DNA of 64,000 nucleotides from Escherichia coli (GCF_001677475.2 NZ_CP015229.1), one strand, 5' to 3'; positions 1 to 11,246 are shown, counted from the stretch's first letter. Notes: generated by a model from the sequence alone, not told the origin. Numbers and translations: made by a program.

Positions 1-482
1 CCGGAATAACCAGGAACATTGCAGCCAGGGCCTAATGTTATTTCATGCACAGTATAGTCCTCTACAGGATCGGAGGGGCTCTTCATAAATAAATTTAGTT
101 GTAATCCTTCCGCTAACTCTGTGGCAGCATGCGCCTTTTTACATATACCACCATATATTTCGTCTAAAGCTGAGGTGATTTTCAAGTTTCGATAGAGCAT
201 ACGGCCTGTTGTTGTAATACCATTGAATTCTCTGCATGTTTCTGTCACATAATTAAATGGCCAGGACTGTTTGCTAATATTAAGTTTTCTAATTTCGACA
301 ACGCTTTTTCCATCGTAATTATGGTTATTGCCACGAGCAAGAGGCAGAAGATAGATATTTTCCGTATCCATGCGTGCATATTCATATTCACGTGTTAACT
401 TATTGTCGACTTTTGGGTGATGAAGGAAGTGATTATCTGTAATAATTTGACTCTGAAGGGCATTGCTTAATGGCATAGACAT
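1..482 (-). CDS. yjiC: Uncharacterized protein YjiC, N-terminal part (gene runs off the window edge)
   Basis: Manual minus-strand translation from ATG at 482 gives MSMPLSNALQSQIITDNHFLHH..., open to position 1; divergent from iraD as in K-12. Not in the ORF track (edge-truncated). Confidence 0.5.
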   Translation of the reverse strand, partial: MSMPLSNALQSQIITDNHFLHHPKVDNKLTREYEYARMDTENIYLLPLARGNNHNYDGKSVVEIRKLNISKQSWPFNYVTETCREFNGITTTGRMLYRNLKITSALDEIYGGICKKAHAATELAEGLQLNLFMKSPSDPVEDYTVHEITLGPGCNVPGYS

Positions 483-1154
483 AATAGTTACCTTTATGAG
501 TATTTCACTGATGCTTAGAAAAATAGATAAATTTTTCTGTAGTAAAAAGAGAAGTAAACAAATGACATGCATGTTTCTGTTGTAGTGATATCAACTCTAC
601 ACAGTGATATTAAATGGTAGGAAACACTATAAAGTATCAAAAAACGCTCATTTAAAATTATTTGCATGCAATTTAAAAGCATATCTTATTACTAATTGGA
701 ATTTGATGTTGCTATATTGATGTCTATATTAATAATGCCTGTGAATGGTATTTTTGATGTATTTGATATGTTATCAATTTATATTAATTTACAAACTAAT
801 TGTTTCAAATAATACATGGCTGATTATGCGGAAATAAATAATTTCCAACCGGAATTAAGTAGCGGCGGTGACAAGTATTTTCATCTACGTAACTATTCGG
901 AATATTCAGAATATACTAGCGGTTTTTTTTTGAGTTTGATGATTTTTATCAAATCATGACTTTTTTCCTGAAAAGTCAGTAGATATTCATAGGCAAGTAA
1001 GGTTTTATACTTTGCTGACAGGATTCAGGCCTGTCTCAGACTGACATGGATGTAATGAACAAAAGGGAATGGCTATGGAAAATGAGCATCAATACAGTGG
1101 TGCCCGGCATTCAGGGCAAGCCGCATATGTTGCTAAACGTCAGGAGTGCGCAAA

Positions 1155-1547
1155 ATGATGCGCCAATCACTTCAGGCTGTTTTACCTGAAATTTCAGGCA
1201 ATAAAACGTCATTGCTGCGTAAATCGGTATGCAGCGATCTCCTCACTCTTTTTAATTCTCCTCATTCGGCATTACCGTCATTACTTGTTTCAGGCATGCC
1301 CGAGTGGCAAGTGCATAACCAGAGCGACAAACATCTTCAGAGCTGGTATTGCCGTCAGCTGCGTTCTGCACTGTTATTTCATGAGCCACGGATTGCGGCG
1401 TTGCAGGTCAATTTGAAAGAAGCGTACAGCCACACGCTGGCGATCAGCCTTGAGATAATGCTGTACCACGACGATGAACCGCTAACGTTTGATCTGGTCT
1501 GGGATAATGGCGGTTGGCGTAGTGCGACGCTCGAGAATGTCAGCTAA
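1155..1547 (+). CDS. iraD: Anti-adaptor protein IraD (RssB inhibitor)
   Basis: Translation [23 protein letters not shown]... recognised as IraD; AGGAG about 8 nt upstream of ATG 1155. The track ORF starts at an upstream GTG (1146). Confidence 0.85.
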   Translation: MMRQSLQAVLPEISGNKTSLLRKSVCSDLLTLFNSPHSALPSLLVSGMPEWQVHNQSDKHLQSWYCRQLRSALLFHEPRIAALQVNLKEAYSHTLAISLEIMLYHDDEPLTFDLVWDNGGWRSATLENVS

Positions 1548-2451
1548 GCACAATCTCCAGCTCGCGCAGTTCACGCCAGAAGCGTTCGGCAACTGGATTC
1601 ATGCGGGTATTCATCCGGTATGCGTAGGCCTGAATCGGGATCACCAGTTCGTCCCGATTCAGTACAACGAGCTGCCCGCTGCGAATTTCTTGTTGGATGG
1701 CGTATTCCGGCAGCCAGGCAATCCCACAGCCGTCGAGGGCAACCTGCTTTAAAAGCTCGCTCATCGAAGAGACAAAAAAGGTGCTGAAACTTAACTCACT
1801 GTGGCGCGTCAGGGTGCGATTAATCAATCGCCCCATGTAGGAGTTGCGGCTGTAATTCAGTAACGGAAAGTGTGGCTGCGCGAGGTTAAAAAGTGCTTCT
1901 CCGTGTTCGTCACTGGCGCAAACGGGGAACAATTGAGATTCAAATAAGCGAATGTGGTCAAACGGTGCTTCCAGCAAATCTTCGTCGTGAAAGGAAAAAA
2001 TACAGTCACTTTGCCCTTCACGCAGTTTATCGACCGCTTCATCGACATCAATGGCTTCAATCGCCCAGGTAAAGAGCGGCGGCATCTGGCTGATAATGGA
2101 CGGTAACAGGCCGAGGGAAAGAGAGTGTGCAGCGGCTATCTTGATTTTACGTTGCGCGTAATCGCTGCCGCCACGCAGCTCTGCAAGGTTACTTTCTAAC
2201 TGTTGCAACAGATGGCGGATCTGCGAATGAAAGATTTTCCCTTGTTCCGAGAGTTGCAGCGGCGTCACCTGGCGGTTAAACAATTCAACGCCAATCGCCT
2301 GTTCCAGTGCACGGATGCGGCGGCTGAATGCCGGTTGCGAGACGTTGCGACTGACTGCCGCCTGGGAAAAGTTGCGGCATTTTTCCAGGGTCAGAAAATC
2401 ATAAAGCCATTTTGTTTCAATATTATGCAAAACCGCACCACAGTCATCCAT
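1540..2451 (-). CDS. hypT: LysR-family hypochlorite-responsive regulator HypT
   Basis: 303-aa ORF with N-terminal LysR HTH ([35 protein letters not shown]); position after iraD matches K-12. Confidence 0.85.
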   Translation of the reverse strand: MDDCGAVLHNIETKWLYDFLTLEKCRNFSQAAVSRNVSQPAFSRRIRALEQAIGVELFNRQVTPLQLSEQGKIFHSQIRHLLQQLESNLAELRGGSDYAQRKIKIAAAHSLSLGLLPSIISQMPPLFTWAIEAIDVDEAVDKLREGQSDCIFSFHDEDLLEAPFDHIRLFESQLFPVCASDEHGEALFNLAQPHFPLLNYSRNSYMGRLINRTLTRHSELSFSTFFVSSMSELLKQVALDGCGIAWLPEYAIQQEIRSGQLVVLNRDELVIPIQAYAYRMNTRMNPVAERFWRELRELEIVLS

Positions 2452-2515
2452 TACGTTTTACTCTGTCAGCCGCCCTTGCGGGCATTCTACGTCCATTCGG
2501 GCGGCTGACAACCGT

Positions 2516-3688
2516 TTAAGCCGTTTCAAACGTTCCTTTCACGCAGGCTTTGCCGTCTTTGACCATCAGTTTGCCGCGAGCGTATACCTGCTCAATGCGC
2601 AATTCTGGCGTCATGACCAGTAAGTCTGCGTCATTGCCTGGCAGAATTTCGCCTTTCCCGCTCAGGTTAAGGAAACCGGCTACGCTACTGGTGAGCGGGC
2701 GCAGGGCATCGCTGATACTGAAATCATAGTCTTTGACCAGCACCTGCACGGTTTCCAGCAACGTTTCAAAACCTGCAACACCGATATGGGTTAAATTCCC
2801 TTCGTCATCGAAGAACGGCTGGCTACCGTTGCCGTCGGAGCTGAGGGTGACGCGTGCCAGCGGAATACCGGCCTGAACGGCGCGGGCAATACCTTCGGCA
2901 GGGGCGACCGGTTCGTCAATGCTGCTGGTGATATCGATGGTGCCGCCTTTGCGCGCGAACTCCAGCGCCTGCTCAAACAACGGAACGTTGCGGTTAACGT
3001 GGGTCGGCAGCAACTTGCTGATCGGCACATCGCAGTTTTCCAGCAGGTCATAGACAGGCTGTAACGCCTTTTTGCTGTCGCCCATGTGGAACACGGTGAC
3101 GCCAGGTTTGCCGCCGAGCAAACCGCCAACGCGGGATTCCGCCGCCATATTAGCCAGGTGATAAACGTCAGGTGCGGCAGAACGGTGATCAGAGATGGCG
3201 CATTTCACACCAATCACGCGATCGATAATCGCCACGTCTTTTTCCACGGAACCTGTAATGGTGCGGGAAGGGACATGATAAGCGCCGGTCAGCATCCAGG
3301 CGCTGATGCCTTCTTCATTGAGCGCACGGGTCTTGGCGAGCAGGGATTCCGGGTGACGAGAGATAGAGTCGGTGCCGAGCAGACCAACCACTGACGTGAC
3401 GCCCGCTTCCGTCAGACGACTTAACGCCACTTCCGGCGTGCGCGTCGTGGGACCTGCTTCACCGCCACCGCCAATCAAATGAACGTGTTGATCAATAAAA
3501 CCTGGGCAGAGGATCTGCCCGCTGAGATCGACAACCGTGCAGTCCGGTACAATGTCAGAAGGGATATTACTGGCAACGGCGATAATTTTGCCGTTAGCGA
3601 CGAGGACATCGCAAACTCCCCGATCTTCCGGCGCATACAAATGCGCTCCCTGCAGCAGGGTAAAACCGGCTGCGGTATAATCAATCAT
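2516..3688 (-). CDS. iadA: Isoaspartyl dipeptidase
   Basis: 390-aa ORF recognised as IadA (amidohydrolase fold, HVHLIGGGGE motif). Confidence 0.9.
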   Translation of the reverse strand: MIDYTAAGFTLLQGAHLYAPEDRGVCDVLVANGKIIAVASNIPSDIVPDCTVVDLSGQILCPGFIDQHVHLIGGGGEAGPTTRTPEVALSRLTEAGVTSVVGLLGTDSISRHPESLLAKTRALNEEGISAWMLTGAYHVPSRTITGSVEKDVAIIDRVIGVKCAISDHRSAAPDVYHLANMAAESRVGGLLGGKPGVTVFHMGDSKKALQPVYDLLENCDVPISKLLPTHVNRNVPLFEQALEFARKGGTIDITSSIDEPVAPAEGIARAVQAGIPLARVTLSSDGNGSQPFFDDEGNLTHIGVAGFETLLETVQVLVKDYDFSISDALRPLTSSVAGFLNLSGKGEILPGNDADLLVMTPELRIEQVYARGKLMVKDGKACVKGTFETA

Positions 3689-3700
3689 GGTAACTCCTTG

Positions 3701-4162
3701 TTAAACAATAAGCTGCATAACCCAGATCGACAGCAATGCGTTAATCACGCAGACCGTAATGATATGCGGGTAATATTTGGCATTCACTTCGGCTGTCCCC
3801 AGGCAGCGACCGACATTTTGCACCGGGTTGCCCATTAAATACATCGCGGGCAGTAAAACGGTGACATCGTGACCGGTTAATGCGCCAGCGGTTGCCAGAC
3901 TGGCGGCAACACCGACTGCGCCGCCCATACTCATTAATGCGGCTAAAAGGACGGTTGCCGCTTCACCGGGCAATCCCCACAGCGCCATTACGGGTTCACA
4001 GATATGCCCCACCCAGTCGAGCAGGCCGGTAATTTTCAGCGCCTGAATGATGACAAATGCCATCACCACGTTTGGCAGCAGGTTGGTCGTGGCGATAGTA
4101 AAGCCACGGCGCGCACCATCGATAAACATATCCATGACGTTTTTGCGGACCTGAGTTGTCAT
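3701..4162 (-). CDS. yjiG: Inner-membrane protein YjiG (SpmB-like)
   Basis: 153-aa hydrophobic ORF; 4-nt overlap with upstream yjiH stop indicates an operon. Confidence 0.8.
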   Translation of the reverse strand: MTTQVRKNVMDMFIDGARRGFTIATTNLLPNVVMAFVIIQALKITGLLDWVGHICEPVMALWGLPGEAATVLLAALMSMGGAVGVAASLATAGALTGHDVTVLLPAMYLMGNPVQNVGRCLGTAEVNAKYYPHIITVCVINALLSIWVMQLIV

Positions 4163-4842
4163 GCTTGCGCTCCTTGCGTTGGGTTACGACGTTCTTCGAA
4201 GTTAAGCCAGACGCGCAAAATGTTGGCTCCGACAAATTTAAATACCAGGATGACGGCTAAAGGTACGATTACGGACGTGCCCAGAAAGGCGAACACCGCG
4301 ACGCCGGAAGAGAAGTAGTTGGTGATGATGGCGCTACCGCTGGTTTGATATGCGGCGAAAATCACTTTATCGCTTTCGGTAATTTCACCTTCCTGCGCCA
4401 GCTCTTTGGTCATACCGGCGGCGGCATCCGTGTTTTGCAGGTTAGCGATCAGCGCCAGCGAGCAGATCCCTGGAATGCCCAACAACGGTTTTAGCACAGG
4501 TGTCATTAACTGCTGCGCGGCGCGTAATCCACCAAGACCATCGGTAATTGAAATAATCCCCAGAGAGAGAATGACTGACGGTGCCAGCTCCAGCGCAAAG
4601 AGAAAGCCATCTTTAGCCCCCGCGCCACCCGCCCCGCGAAATGAGGTGGTGGCTCCGTTCGCACCAGGCAGTTGCCCAAACGATCCGTTCAGAACGGAAA
4701 AATCAAAAACGCGCCACCAGCTGTCTGTTCCGGAAAAAACACCGGAAAAAAAGATTATGGTGAGAAAAAAAGCCAGATACCCTTTAATGCCCACTTTTTC
4801 TGTCGCCAGCTCCCCGGCTACAGCATCCCCTTGTTGTGCCAT
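4159..4842 (-). CDS. yjiH: Inner-membrane protein YjiH (nucleoside-recognition/SpmA-like)
   Basis: Track ORF 4159..4971; start chosen at the ATG giving MAQQGDAVAG... (227 aa) as in K-12 from memory; ATG at 4854 is an alternative. Confidence 0.75.
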   Translation of the reverse strand: MAQQGDAVAGELATEKVGIKGYLAFFLTIIFFSGVFSGTDSWWRVFDFSVLNGSFGQLPGANGATTSFRGAGGAGAKDGFLFALELAPSVILSLGIISITDGLGGLRAAQQLMTPVLKPLLGIPGICSLALIANLQNTDAAAGMTKELAQEGEITESDKVIFAAYQTSGSAIITNYFSSGVAVFAFLGTSVIVPLAVILVFKFVGANILRVWLNFEERRNPTQGAQA

Positions 4843-5090
4843 AACAATCCCCATTGTTTTTTGTGTTTGTGTGTTGCTTGAGCCAGGAAAATTCCTGGAG
4901 CTGAAAAACCTTATCAGCCATGTGGGTATGGGGAAAATGCAAGTATGTTTCTTGCTATGCGTTTTTTGCATAGGGGAAAAATTACGCTGTGTGGAAAAGG
5001 TTCCGCGCAGGATTGAGTTGCAGAAAATTCATAAACCCAGTGACAATGACATTAGTAAATAAAAACAGAAAATCCAGGGACGAAAACGCG

Positions 5091-5675
5091 ATGGCAAAGT
5101 ACAACGAAAAAGAGCTGGCGGATACGAGCAAGTTTTTAAGTTTTGTCCTCCGACACAAACCGGAGGCGATTGGTATCGTACTGGACCGTGAAGGATGGGC
5201 GGATATCGATAAGCTCATACTTTGTGCCCAAAAAGCGGGCAAGCGATTAACCCGTGCATTGCTGGATACCGTGGTCGCAACCAGCGATAAAAAGCGTTTT
5301 AGTTATTCCAGTGATGGTAGGTGCATCCGCGCGGTTCAGGGGCATTCGACTTCGCAGGTCGCTATTTCCTTTGTCGAAAAAACACCGCCACAGTTTCTCT
5401 ACCACGGTACGGCAAGCCGTTTCCTTGACGAGATAAAAAAACAGGGGCTGATTGCAGGGGAGCGTCATTACGTGCATCTCTCTGCTGATGAAGCAACGGC
5501 ACGCAAAGTGGGAGCAAGACACGGATCGCCGGTTATCTTAACCGTCAAAGCACAGGAGATGGCGAAACGAGGCATCCCTTTCTGGCAAGCGGAAAACGGG
5601 GTCTGGCTGACATCAACGGTTGCTGTTGAGTTTCTTGAGTGGTCGTTTATGCCGACTGGGGTACAAAAACAATAA
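5091..5675 (+). CDS. kptA: RNA 2'-phosphotransferase (Tpt1/KptA family)
   Basis: Translation from ATG 5091, [42 protein letters not shown]..., recognised as KptA; the track ORF extends upstream to 4989. Confidence 0.85.
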   Translation: MAKYNEKELADTSKFLSFVLRHKPEAIGIVLDREGWADIDKLILCAQKAGKRLTRALLDTVVATSDKKRFSYSSDGRCIRAVQGHSTSQVAISFVEKTPPQFLYHGTASRFLDEIKKQGLIAGERHYVHLSADEATARKVGARHGSPVILTVKAQEMAKRGIPFWQAENGVWLTSTVAVEFLEWSFMPTGVQKQ

Positions 5676-5795
5676 ATTCAATATATTGCAGGGGTTATAT
5701 AAGCCTGGTAAGCGCAGCACATCCGGCAATGTAGCGTTTGTTATCAGTCTGAAAGGATACCCTCGTAAAAGGGTATCCTTAATAACATACTGAAA

Positions 5796-8700
5796 TTAAA
5801 GTGATTTACGGCAGGCGGTCAGTTGGGGGCTGGAATCAGCGTCGCTTCCGGTCATACCGGTTAGCATCTGCACATAGTAGTGCCGATTGTAATCATCAGA
5901 TTCACTTGTCCAGTAAGCTCCCGGTGTAAATTGCGAATTACTGGAAAACGCTCCAACGTTCCCCCATTCACCATACAGTGATCCCTGCGTGCGTTTGTTT
6001 TCGCCAGACGTCAAATGTGTGATGCCAGGAAGATTATATCCATCATTTTTAGCATGACAGAGCGCATTGGCAGCTAGCCAGATATTGGTATGATTTCCAT
6101 TATTCACCCACCAGCCTTTCAGCTTAATTAAGGTCTGGTAGGTTGTACCTCCTTGTCGGGGAATAGCGCTTATTGTGACTGACGTTTGATCGCCGATATT
6201 TGCGAAAGAAACTTTACCCGAAGCATCGACAGACACCCAACCCTGTGAACTTGAAAACATATAATCATCAACGGTTTTACCCGCTTCAAAGTTATCATTG
6301 TTGAGTGTGTAATACGCCCCTGCAAAGCCTTCGCTCGGGAATTTAGCCGTGGAGAAGGTATGGTTGTTTGCAGTGACATGACCGGACATTTCTTTTATCG
6401 AGTGGATGAGATTCAGCGATACGCTTAAGTTTGCCTGATGAACCCCGTTCAGCATGGGAATGAGTGTCGCTGTTCCCTCTTTTCCGCCAGTGACAGTCAC
6501 GGTGTACTCGCCATAATTTCTTTGACTGTAATCAATATCGCTCAACTTGAGAAAGTTCACGAAGGGACCTGACTGGACAAATTCCAGATGATCAGACGTC
6601 ACTATCGGGTTACCGTACTTGTCTTGCAATGTTAGCGTAAGTTTCGCGCTATGCTGGTAGTCAGCCATCAGAGTGCCAACGTCGGATTTCAATAATGACT
6701 TACTTTCATCCGCCGTGCTGGCAAGCAAGGTAATAGCTGCGGATTGGTTGGCTGTACCAGGAACTTGCACATTGACTGTTAAAGTTTCTGCCAATGTACT
6801 GGTTATTGTCGCCGTGACTTGCCCGGATTGATCGGTACGCGTAGTTGGAATATTAACTACCGGGCTGCCTTTGGTGTCTAAGGCATAACGAACATCGACA
6901 CCTTCAACCGGGAATCCGTAATCATCTTCTACTCGTGACGTGACGGTGCTGCTATCGATGCCGTCGGCGGTTATGGTGTCAGGAGAGGCCACGACGCTCA
7001 CAACATGTGCCGTTTTAGCATCTGCCTTAACCGCAACCGTTACCTGGCTCTGAACGGGAACATCTTTGCCCATTGTGGCCGTAACGGTATAGACATTCAC
7101 TTTGTCACTGGTCAGCGTCACTTTGGCCTGACCAGACTGGTCAGTAAGGACTTCCCCTGAATTGCTTAATGTTGCACCTTCAGGCGTTACGCTAAAGGTG
7201 ATAATTTGCCCAGGCATCAATTCATCCCGCGCATTTCTCGCCGTTGCGGTCAGCGTAATACCCTCACTGTTATGGACCGTGGTTTCTGCCTTCGATGATG
7301 TTAACTCGAGCTTGCCATTTGCCACATTCACGTCAACCTTACTACTACTATTATTGTCCAGCGTTGCCGTCACCTGATAAACCCCTGGCTGGGTGCTAAT
7401 AAGGTTAACGTACGCGTAACCGTTATTATCAGTGTAAGCCGTATCGCCTATCGTAATGTTAGCTGTTGGCTGCGCACTTAATCTGACGCGTTGACCCGCT
7501 ATTACATTGTTAAACGCGTCCTGGACGAGTATCCGTAGCGTGATGTTTTCGCCAACCGTTATCGTTTTTTCGGCTCCGGTTATACTTATTACCTTCGCCG
7601 AACTTTCATCCGGGAGCACTGATAAACTAAACGTTTTATTATCGGAGGGTTGCGCTTTCCGGCTCACCACTACGTTATGTTGTCCGGCAATATTGCTGGT
7701 CATTGTTACCGTCGCCTGACCCAGCGTATCGGTGGTGACTTCTGTTCCGCTTAGAGCGACATCGTTACTCTGGAAAGTGACCAGCTGGTCTTTAAGCGGA
7801 TTTTGGTAAGCGTCCAGGAGCGTTGCCGTCAGGGTACTCCCCGTACTGTTACCCGCAACAATGGTATTTAATGAGGCAGTCAGCGGCTGGAGCTGCGCAC
7901 TGTTTGTATCCCCAATAAAAGTGACTTGCTGATGAGCAACGGTATTATTTCTGGTCAGCGTCGCCGTAACTGTAAACTCACCCGCTTTTGTACCTCGCAA
8001 TGTGACCACGGCATCGCCGTTTGCATCGGTGCGGGCGGTTTCACTACTTAGCGTGAAGTTCCCGGTCATGGAGGCTGGCAAGGTAAATTTCACATCCTCA
8101 TCCGGCAACGGGTGTCCATACACATCTTTCACACTGGCTGTCAGGATAACGGTATTTGTATTGTTAGCGATCGCACTGCCTGACCCGGCATTTAAGGTCA
8201 TTACCGATTGTTCCCTATTTGGGACCACGGTGATCGTGACCGACTGGTGAATATTTTTATCCGCCTCAAGCGAGGCATCGACGGAATAGCTACCAGCTTT
8301 TGAACTGGTCAGGTGCACTCGCACAATACCGGACTGGTCTGTTGTGGCGATCGAGTTGTCCAGTTGCGAGCCACCAGGTGCCACAAAATTCACTTTCATA
8401 TCTTTTAACGGGTTGTTATGAAAGTCTGTGACGGTGGCGGTCAGAGTACTGCCCTGACTGTTGCCAGCAATAATGGTATCTGGATCGGCAACCAGTTGTT
8501 TGAATTTTGGCGTACTCGAATCGCTAACGAATTTCGCAATTATCCGTTGTGAGAAACCATTTGGCAGCGTGGCACTGATCGTATTTTCTTCCGCAACCTG
8601 ACTTACCATATTGATTGTGGCAACACCGTATGCATCCGTTTTTTGCTGCGGTGGTTCGACAAATTCAGCGCTTCCTTTTTCATTCTTAAAGGTGACCTGA

Positions 8701-11036
8701 TGATTTGTCAGGGGATTATCACTCTCATCAGTGACGTTGATAGTGAGGGTATTAAATGTCTTTTTATCGGCGTAAACGTCATTATTCGTCGCTGATAATG
8801 TGGCGACGCGAGCCTTATTCTGGTTAGCCGCAATGTTATAAATATGCGATTGCAGTGGAGCATTCCAGTTGTGAAGGCTAAGTTGTGCCCTTAGTGCTGT
8901 CCCTTGCTTATGGGCCGGATAATTCGCGGCATAAACGCCCGGCTGCTCTTCGTTCCAGACAATCGTGGCTCCAGGTTTGCTGTTTTCGACAGTAACGGCT
9001 TTTACCAATTCTTCTTTTTGATAAGCAACCGGTTGATTGCTGTCGTCTTTCAGTTCCACCCTAACCTTGATGTCGTCTCCGGCATAATACGATACGTTAT
9101 CTATTGTTATTGATGAATGGTCGCGGGATGAGACAACAGGGACGATATTAACGACGATGGATTCTTTTACCGCACTCTCACCGTTAATTTGCGGCGTCAG
9201 TGTTACTGAACCTGATGTCGTTCCGGCGGTCAGCATCTGTGTGTAACTACCATCACCGTTATCTGTCCAGTCAGACAGGGTGATATCCTGAACGCCTTCA
9301 CTGCGGGTTTGCAGCGCCAGCCCCGGCACCGGAGTTCCGTCGGAATCGTGCGCAGTAACGGTCAATGTGGTCGTCGATTTTTTATCTGCAGCCACGGTTA
9401 GCGGATTAACGGATAACAGAGAATCTTTCTGGCTTAATGTCGGGGCCTGAATGACGACCATGCTTTGTTCATGCCGTGACAGGTTACCTTTTACATCCTC
9501 GGCGGTAACGTCTATCGACCATGTATTATCGGTTTCTGGGGTGTTAGTGAAGCGATAACCTGGCAGCGTGACCGTGATATCTTTTCCAGAAGTGCTGACT
9601 TTACCTCCGGCAGCTTCCAGCGCAGCGGCTTCGATGTTATAGCCTTTCAGGGCATATTTGGTCTGTAGCGAGGAAACCAGCGGTTTTATTTCTCCAGACT
9701 TCCCTTTCACCGGATCCAGCAGACTCAGGCGAATCAGCTCTTTCTTGCGATATTCCAGAACGATGTTGTTGTTGCGATCAATCAGGTCATAACGACTACC
9801 GGCCAGACTGCGCCGTCCGGCCACTTCGTCCGGGTTAAGCTGTTTCTGCATTGAACTGCTGGGTTGCCAGGTCAGATCAACGGCAAAACGTGTGTCATTT
9901 TCACCTTGCTTCCCCTGACGCTGTTCCGCACTGAGAGTCAGAAGCGGGAAGGGGGTATAGTTGAGGCCCGCGGTAATAGCATGGGGATTACTTTGGCGAT
10001 CATTCTTGTCAAACAGCGCCACTTCATCACCATAGTATTGTTCATAGACTAGTTTTCCACCCAGTTGTGGCCAGGCTGGTAACCAGCCTTCCGCGCGTAA
10101 ATCCCAGCCGTTGGCCGGGCGGGCTTCGTAGTCATTATCCAATTCCGGTGCGCTACGCCAGCCGGTCAGGCCGATATAAGCGTTGCTGCTCAACTTCAGA
10201 TAATCACGCCAGTATTCTGCACCAAGCCCCGCGCGGGAGTGATAGCGGCTCAGGTCGTGGTCAAAAAACAGATTGATGCCTGACATCCAGCTGGGGGTGA
10301 AATGACGCCAGCCCAAACCGGTGTTGATCTGGGTACGATCGTCTGTTCGGTGAAGGGTATGCTGGCTGAAGAGCAGATAATCGGGTGTGTCATACCACGG
10401 ATGCAGGAAGTCGAATTGCGAATTTTTCAGGCTGAAATCTTCATCCACACCCAGAGAGATTTTCGCAGTGCCAAAGTTATTTAACCAATCAGTCATCGCG
10501 CCTGAGGCTTCTGAAGACGCCCAACCACGCGCCATGCCGCTGGCCTGCTCACTATTCATATCTTGTGAAAGCAGAGTGCCAACTCGCTGCGAAGTGCTGG
10601 CTATTTGATTCTCCAGCGTGTTTTCGCCATTCGCAGGCGGTACGGCATTTTGTTGCTCATGACTTTTCTGCAAGGTTGTTGCCGGAACATCCAGCTCTTC
10701 ACCCTGGCGCACGTTATCAAAGCCGCGAGCAAAAGTACGGAACTGATTAAGACGACGAAGCTCCTCCAGTGAAATACCGAATCGATCAGCAACGCTTTGC
10801 GCTGATTCCAGCGCACCAAGCGTGTAAGGCACAGTATTATTTTCTATTAGAGGGGGCGGAGATGAAACTGTCGTCTGAGGCTTAGCGTGTACCACATTTT
10901 GTGCCGTCGCCATGACGGGGAAAAAAATTTGTGTAAATAAACAAACTCCGGCTGTCAGGCGGCGTATTTTGTCACCCAGACCACATAAAGAGTTTTGATC
11001 ATTATTTTTTATTTGATGTGCATTTGTTGAAGCCAT
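5796..11036 (-). CDS. Giant inverse-autotransporter adhesin (intimin/invasin family): signal peptide, LysM, beta-barrel, many Ig-like repeats, C-type-lectin-like tip
   Basis: 1746-aa ORF with ATG start; LysM-like segment (VADRFGISLEELRRLNQF), invasin/intimin-type beta-domain, long run of about 100-aa T/S/V-rich repeats, cysteine-containing C-terminal lectin-like domain. Not in the K-12 kptA-yjiJ interval as I recall it. Confidence 0.8.
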   Translation of the reverse strand: MASTNAHQIKNNDQNSLCGLGDKIRRLTAGVCLFTQIFFPVMATAQNVVHAKPQTTVSSPPPLIENNTVPYTLGALESAQSVADRFGISLEELRRLNQFRTFARGFDNVRQGEELDVPATTLQKSHEQQNAVPPANGENTLENQIASTSQRVGTLLSQDMNSEQASGMARGWASSEASGAMTDWLNNFGTAKISLGVDEDFSLKNSQFDFLHPWYDTPDYLLFSQHTLHRTDDRTQINTGLGWRHFTPSWMSGINLFFDHDLSRYHSRAGLGAEYWRDYLKLSSNAYIGLTGWRSAPELDNDYEARPANGWDLRAEGWLPAWPQLGGKLVYEQYYGDEVALFDKNDRQSNPHAITAGLNYTPFPLLTLSAEQRQGKQGENDTRFAVDLTWQPSSSMQKQLNPDEVAGRRSLAGSRYDLIDRNNNIVLEYRKKELIRLSLLDPVKGKSGEIKPLVSSLQTKYALKGYNIEAAALEAAGGKVSTSGKDITVTLPGYRFTNTPETDNTWSIDVTAEDVKGNLSRHEQSMVVIQAPTLSQKDSLLSVNPLTVAADKKSTTTLTVTAHDSDGTPVPGLALQTRSEGVQDITLSDWTDNGDGSYTQMLTAGTTSGSVTLTPQINGESAVKESIVVNIVPVVSSRDHSSITIDNVSYYAGDDIKVRVELKDDSNQPVAYQKEELVKAVTVENSKPGATIVWNEEQPGVYAANYPAHKQGTALRAQLSLHNWNAPLQSHIYNIAANQNKARVATLSATNNDVYADKKTFNTLTINVTDESDNPLTNHQVTFKNEKGSAEFVEPPQQKTDAYGVATINMVSQVAEENTISATLPNGFSQRIIAKFVSDSSTPKFKQLVADPDTIIAGNSQGSTLTATVTDFHNNPLKDMKVNFVAPGGSQLDNSIATTDQSGIVRVHLTSSKAGSYSVDASLEADKNIHQSVTITVVPNREQSVMTLNAGSGSAIANNTNTVILTASVKDVYGHPLPDEDVKFTLPASMTGNFTLSSETARTDANGDAVVTLRGTKAGEFTVTATLTRNNTVAHQQVTFIGDTNSAQLQPLTASLNTIVAGNSTGSTLTATLLDAYQNPLKDQLVTFQSNDVALSGTEVTTDTLGQATVTMTSNIAGQHNVVVSRKAQPSDNKTFSLSVLPDESSAKVISITGAEKTITVGENITLRILVQDAFNNVIAGQRVRLSAQPTANITIGDTAYTDNNGYAYVNLISTQPGVYQVTATLDNNSSSKVDVNVANGKLELTSSKAETTVHNSEGITLTATARNARDELMPGQIITFSVTPEGATLSNSGEVLTDQSGQAKVTLTSDKVNVYTVTATMGKDVPVQSQVTVAVKADAKTAHVVSVVASPDTITADGIDSSTVTSRVEDDYGFPVEGVDVRYALDTKGSPVVNIPTTRTDQSGQVTATITSTLAETLTVNVQVPGTANQSAAITLLASTADESKSLLKSDVGTLMADYQHSAKLTLTLQDKYGNPIVTSDHLEFVQSGPFVNFLKLSDIDYSQRNYGEYTVTVTGGKEGTATLIPMLNGVHQANLSVSLNLIHSIKEMSGHVTANNHTFSTAKFPSEGFAGAYYTLNNDNFEAGKTVDDYMFSSSQGWVSVDASGKVSFANIGDQTSVTISAIPRQGGTTYQTLIKLKGWWVNNGNHTNIWLAANALCHAKNDGYNLPGITHLTSGENKRTQGSLYGEWGNVGAFSSNSQFTPGAYWTSESDDYNRHYYVQMLTGMTGSDADSSPQLTACRKSL

Positions 11037-11246
11037 AGTGACCTTCCGTGAAAAAACAGAATTAAACTTGTTTTTTCTAGCACGGAGATATAATGCGATC
11101 CTGACTATAATATGACCAGAAATAATGAATTAGCCGTGGAATTGCTAAACCAGGATTAATAACGGCGGTGGCTGAGTACCTCCAAAGAAAAAGGATGTTT
11201 TAATTATTTTACGTGATGTACTGAAAAGTTAAATTCGTTAAATTAC

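Noticed and set aside
2791-3394. Overlapping ORFs (112 aa minus, 102 aa plus) inside iadA
   Set aside because: Alternative or antisense frames of the conserved iadA coding sequence; no independent support.
4406-5062. 218-aa plus-strand ORF spanning yjiH and the kptA upstream region
   Set aside because: Mostly antisense to yjiH; kptA has its own supported start at 5091; translation is low-complexity.
5796-11036. Internal repetitiveness of the large adhesin gene as a sign of a mobile element or assembly artefact
   Set aside because: The repeats are in-frame Ig-like domain repeats typical of intimin/invasin adhesins; no transposase, integrase or inverted-repeat termini were seen.
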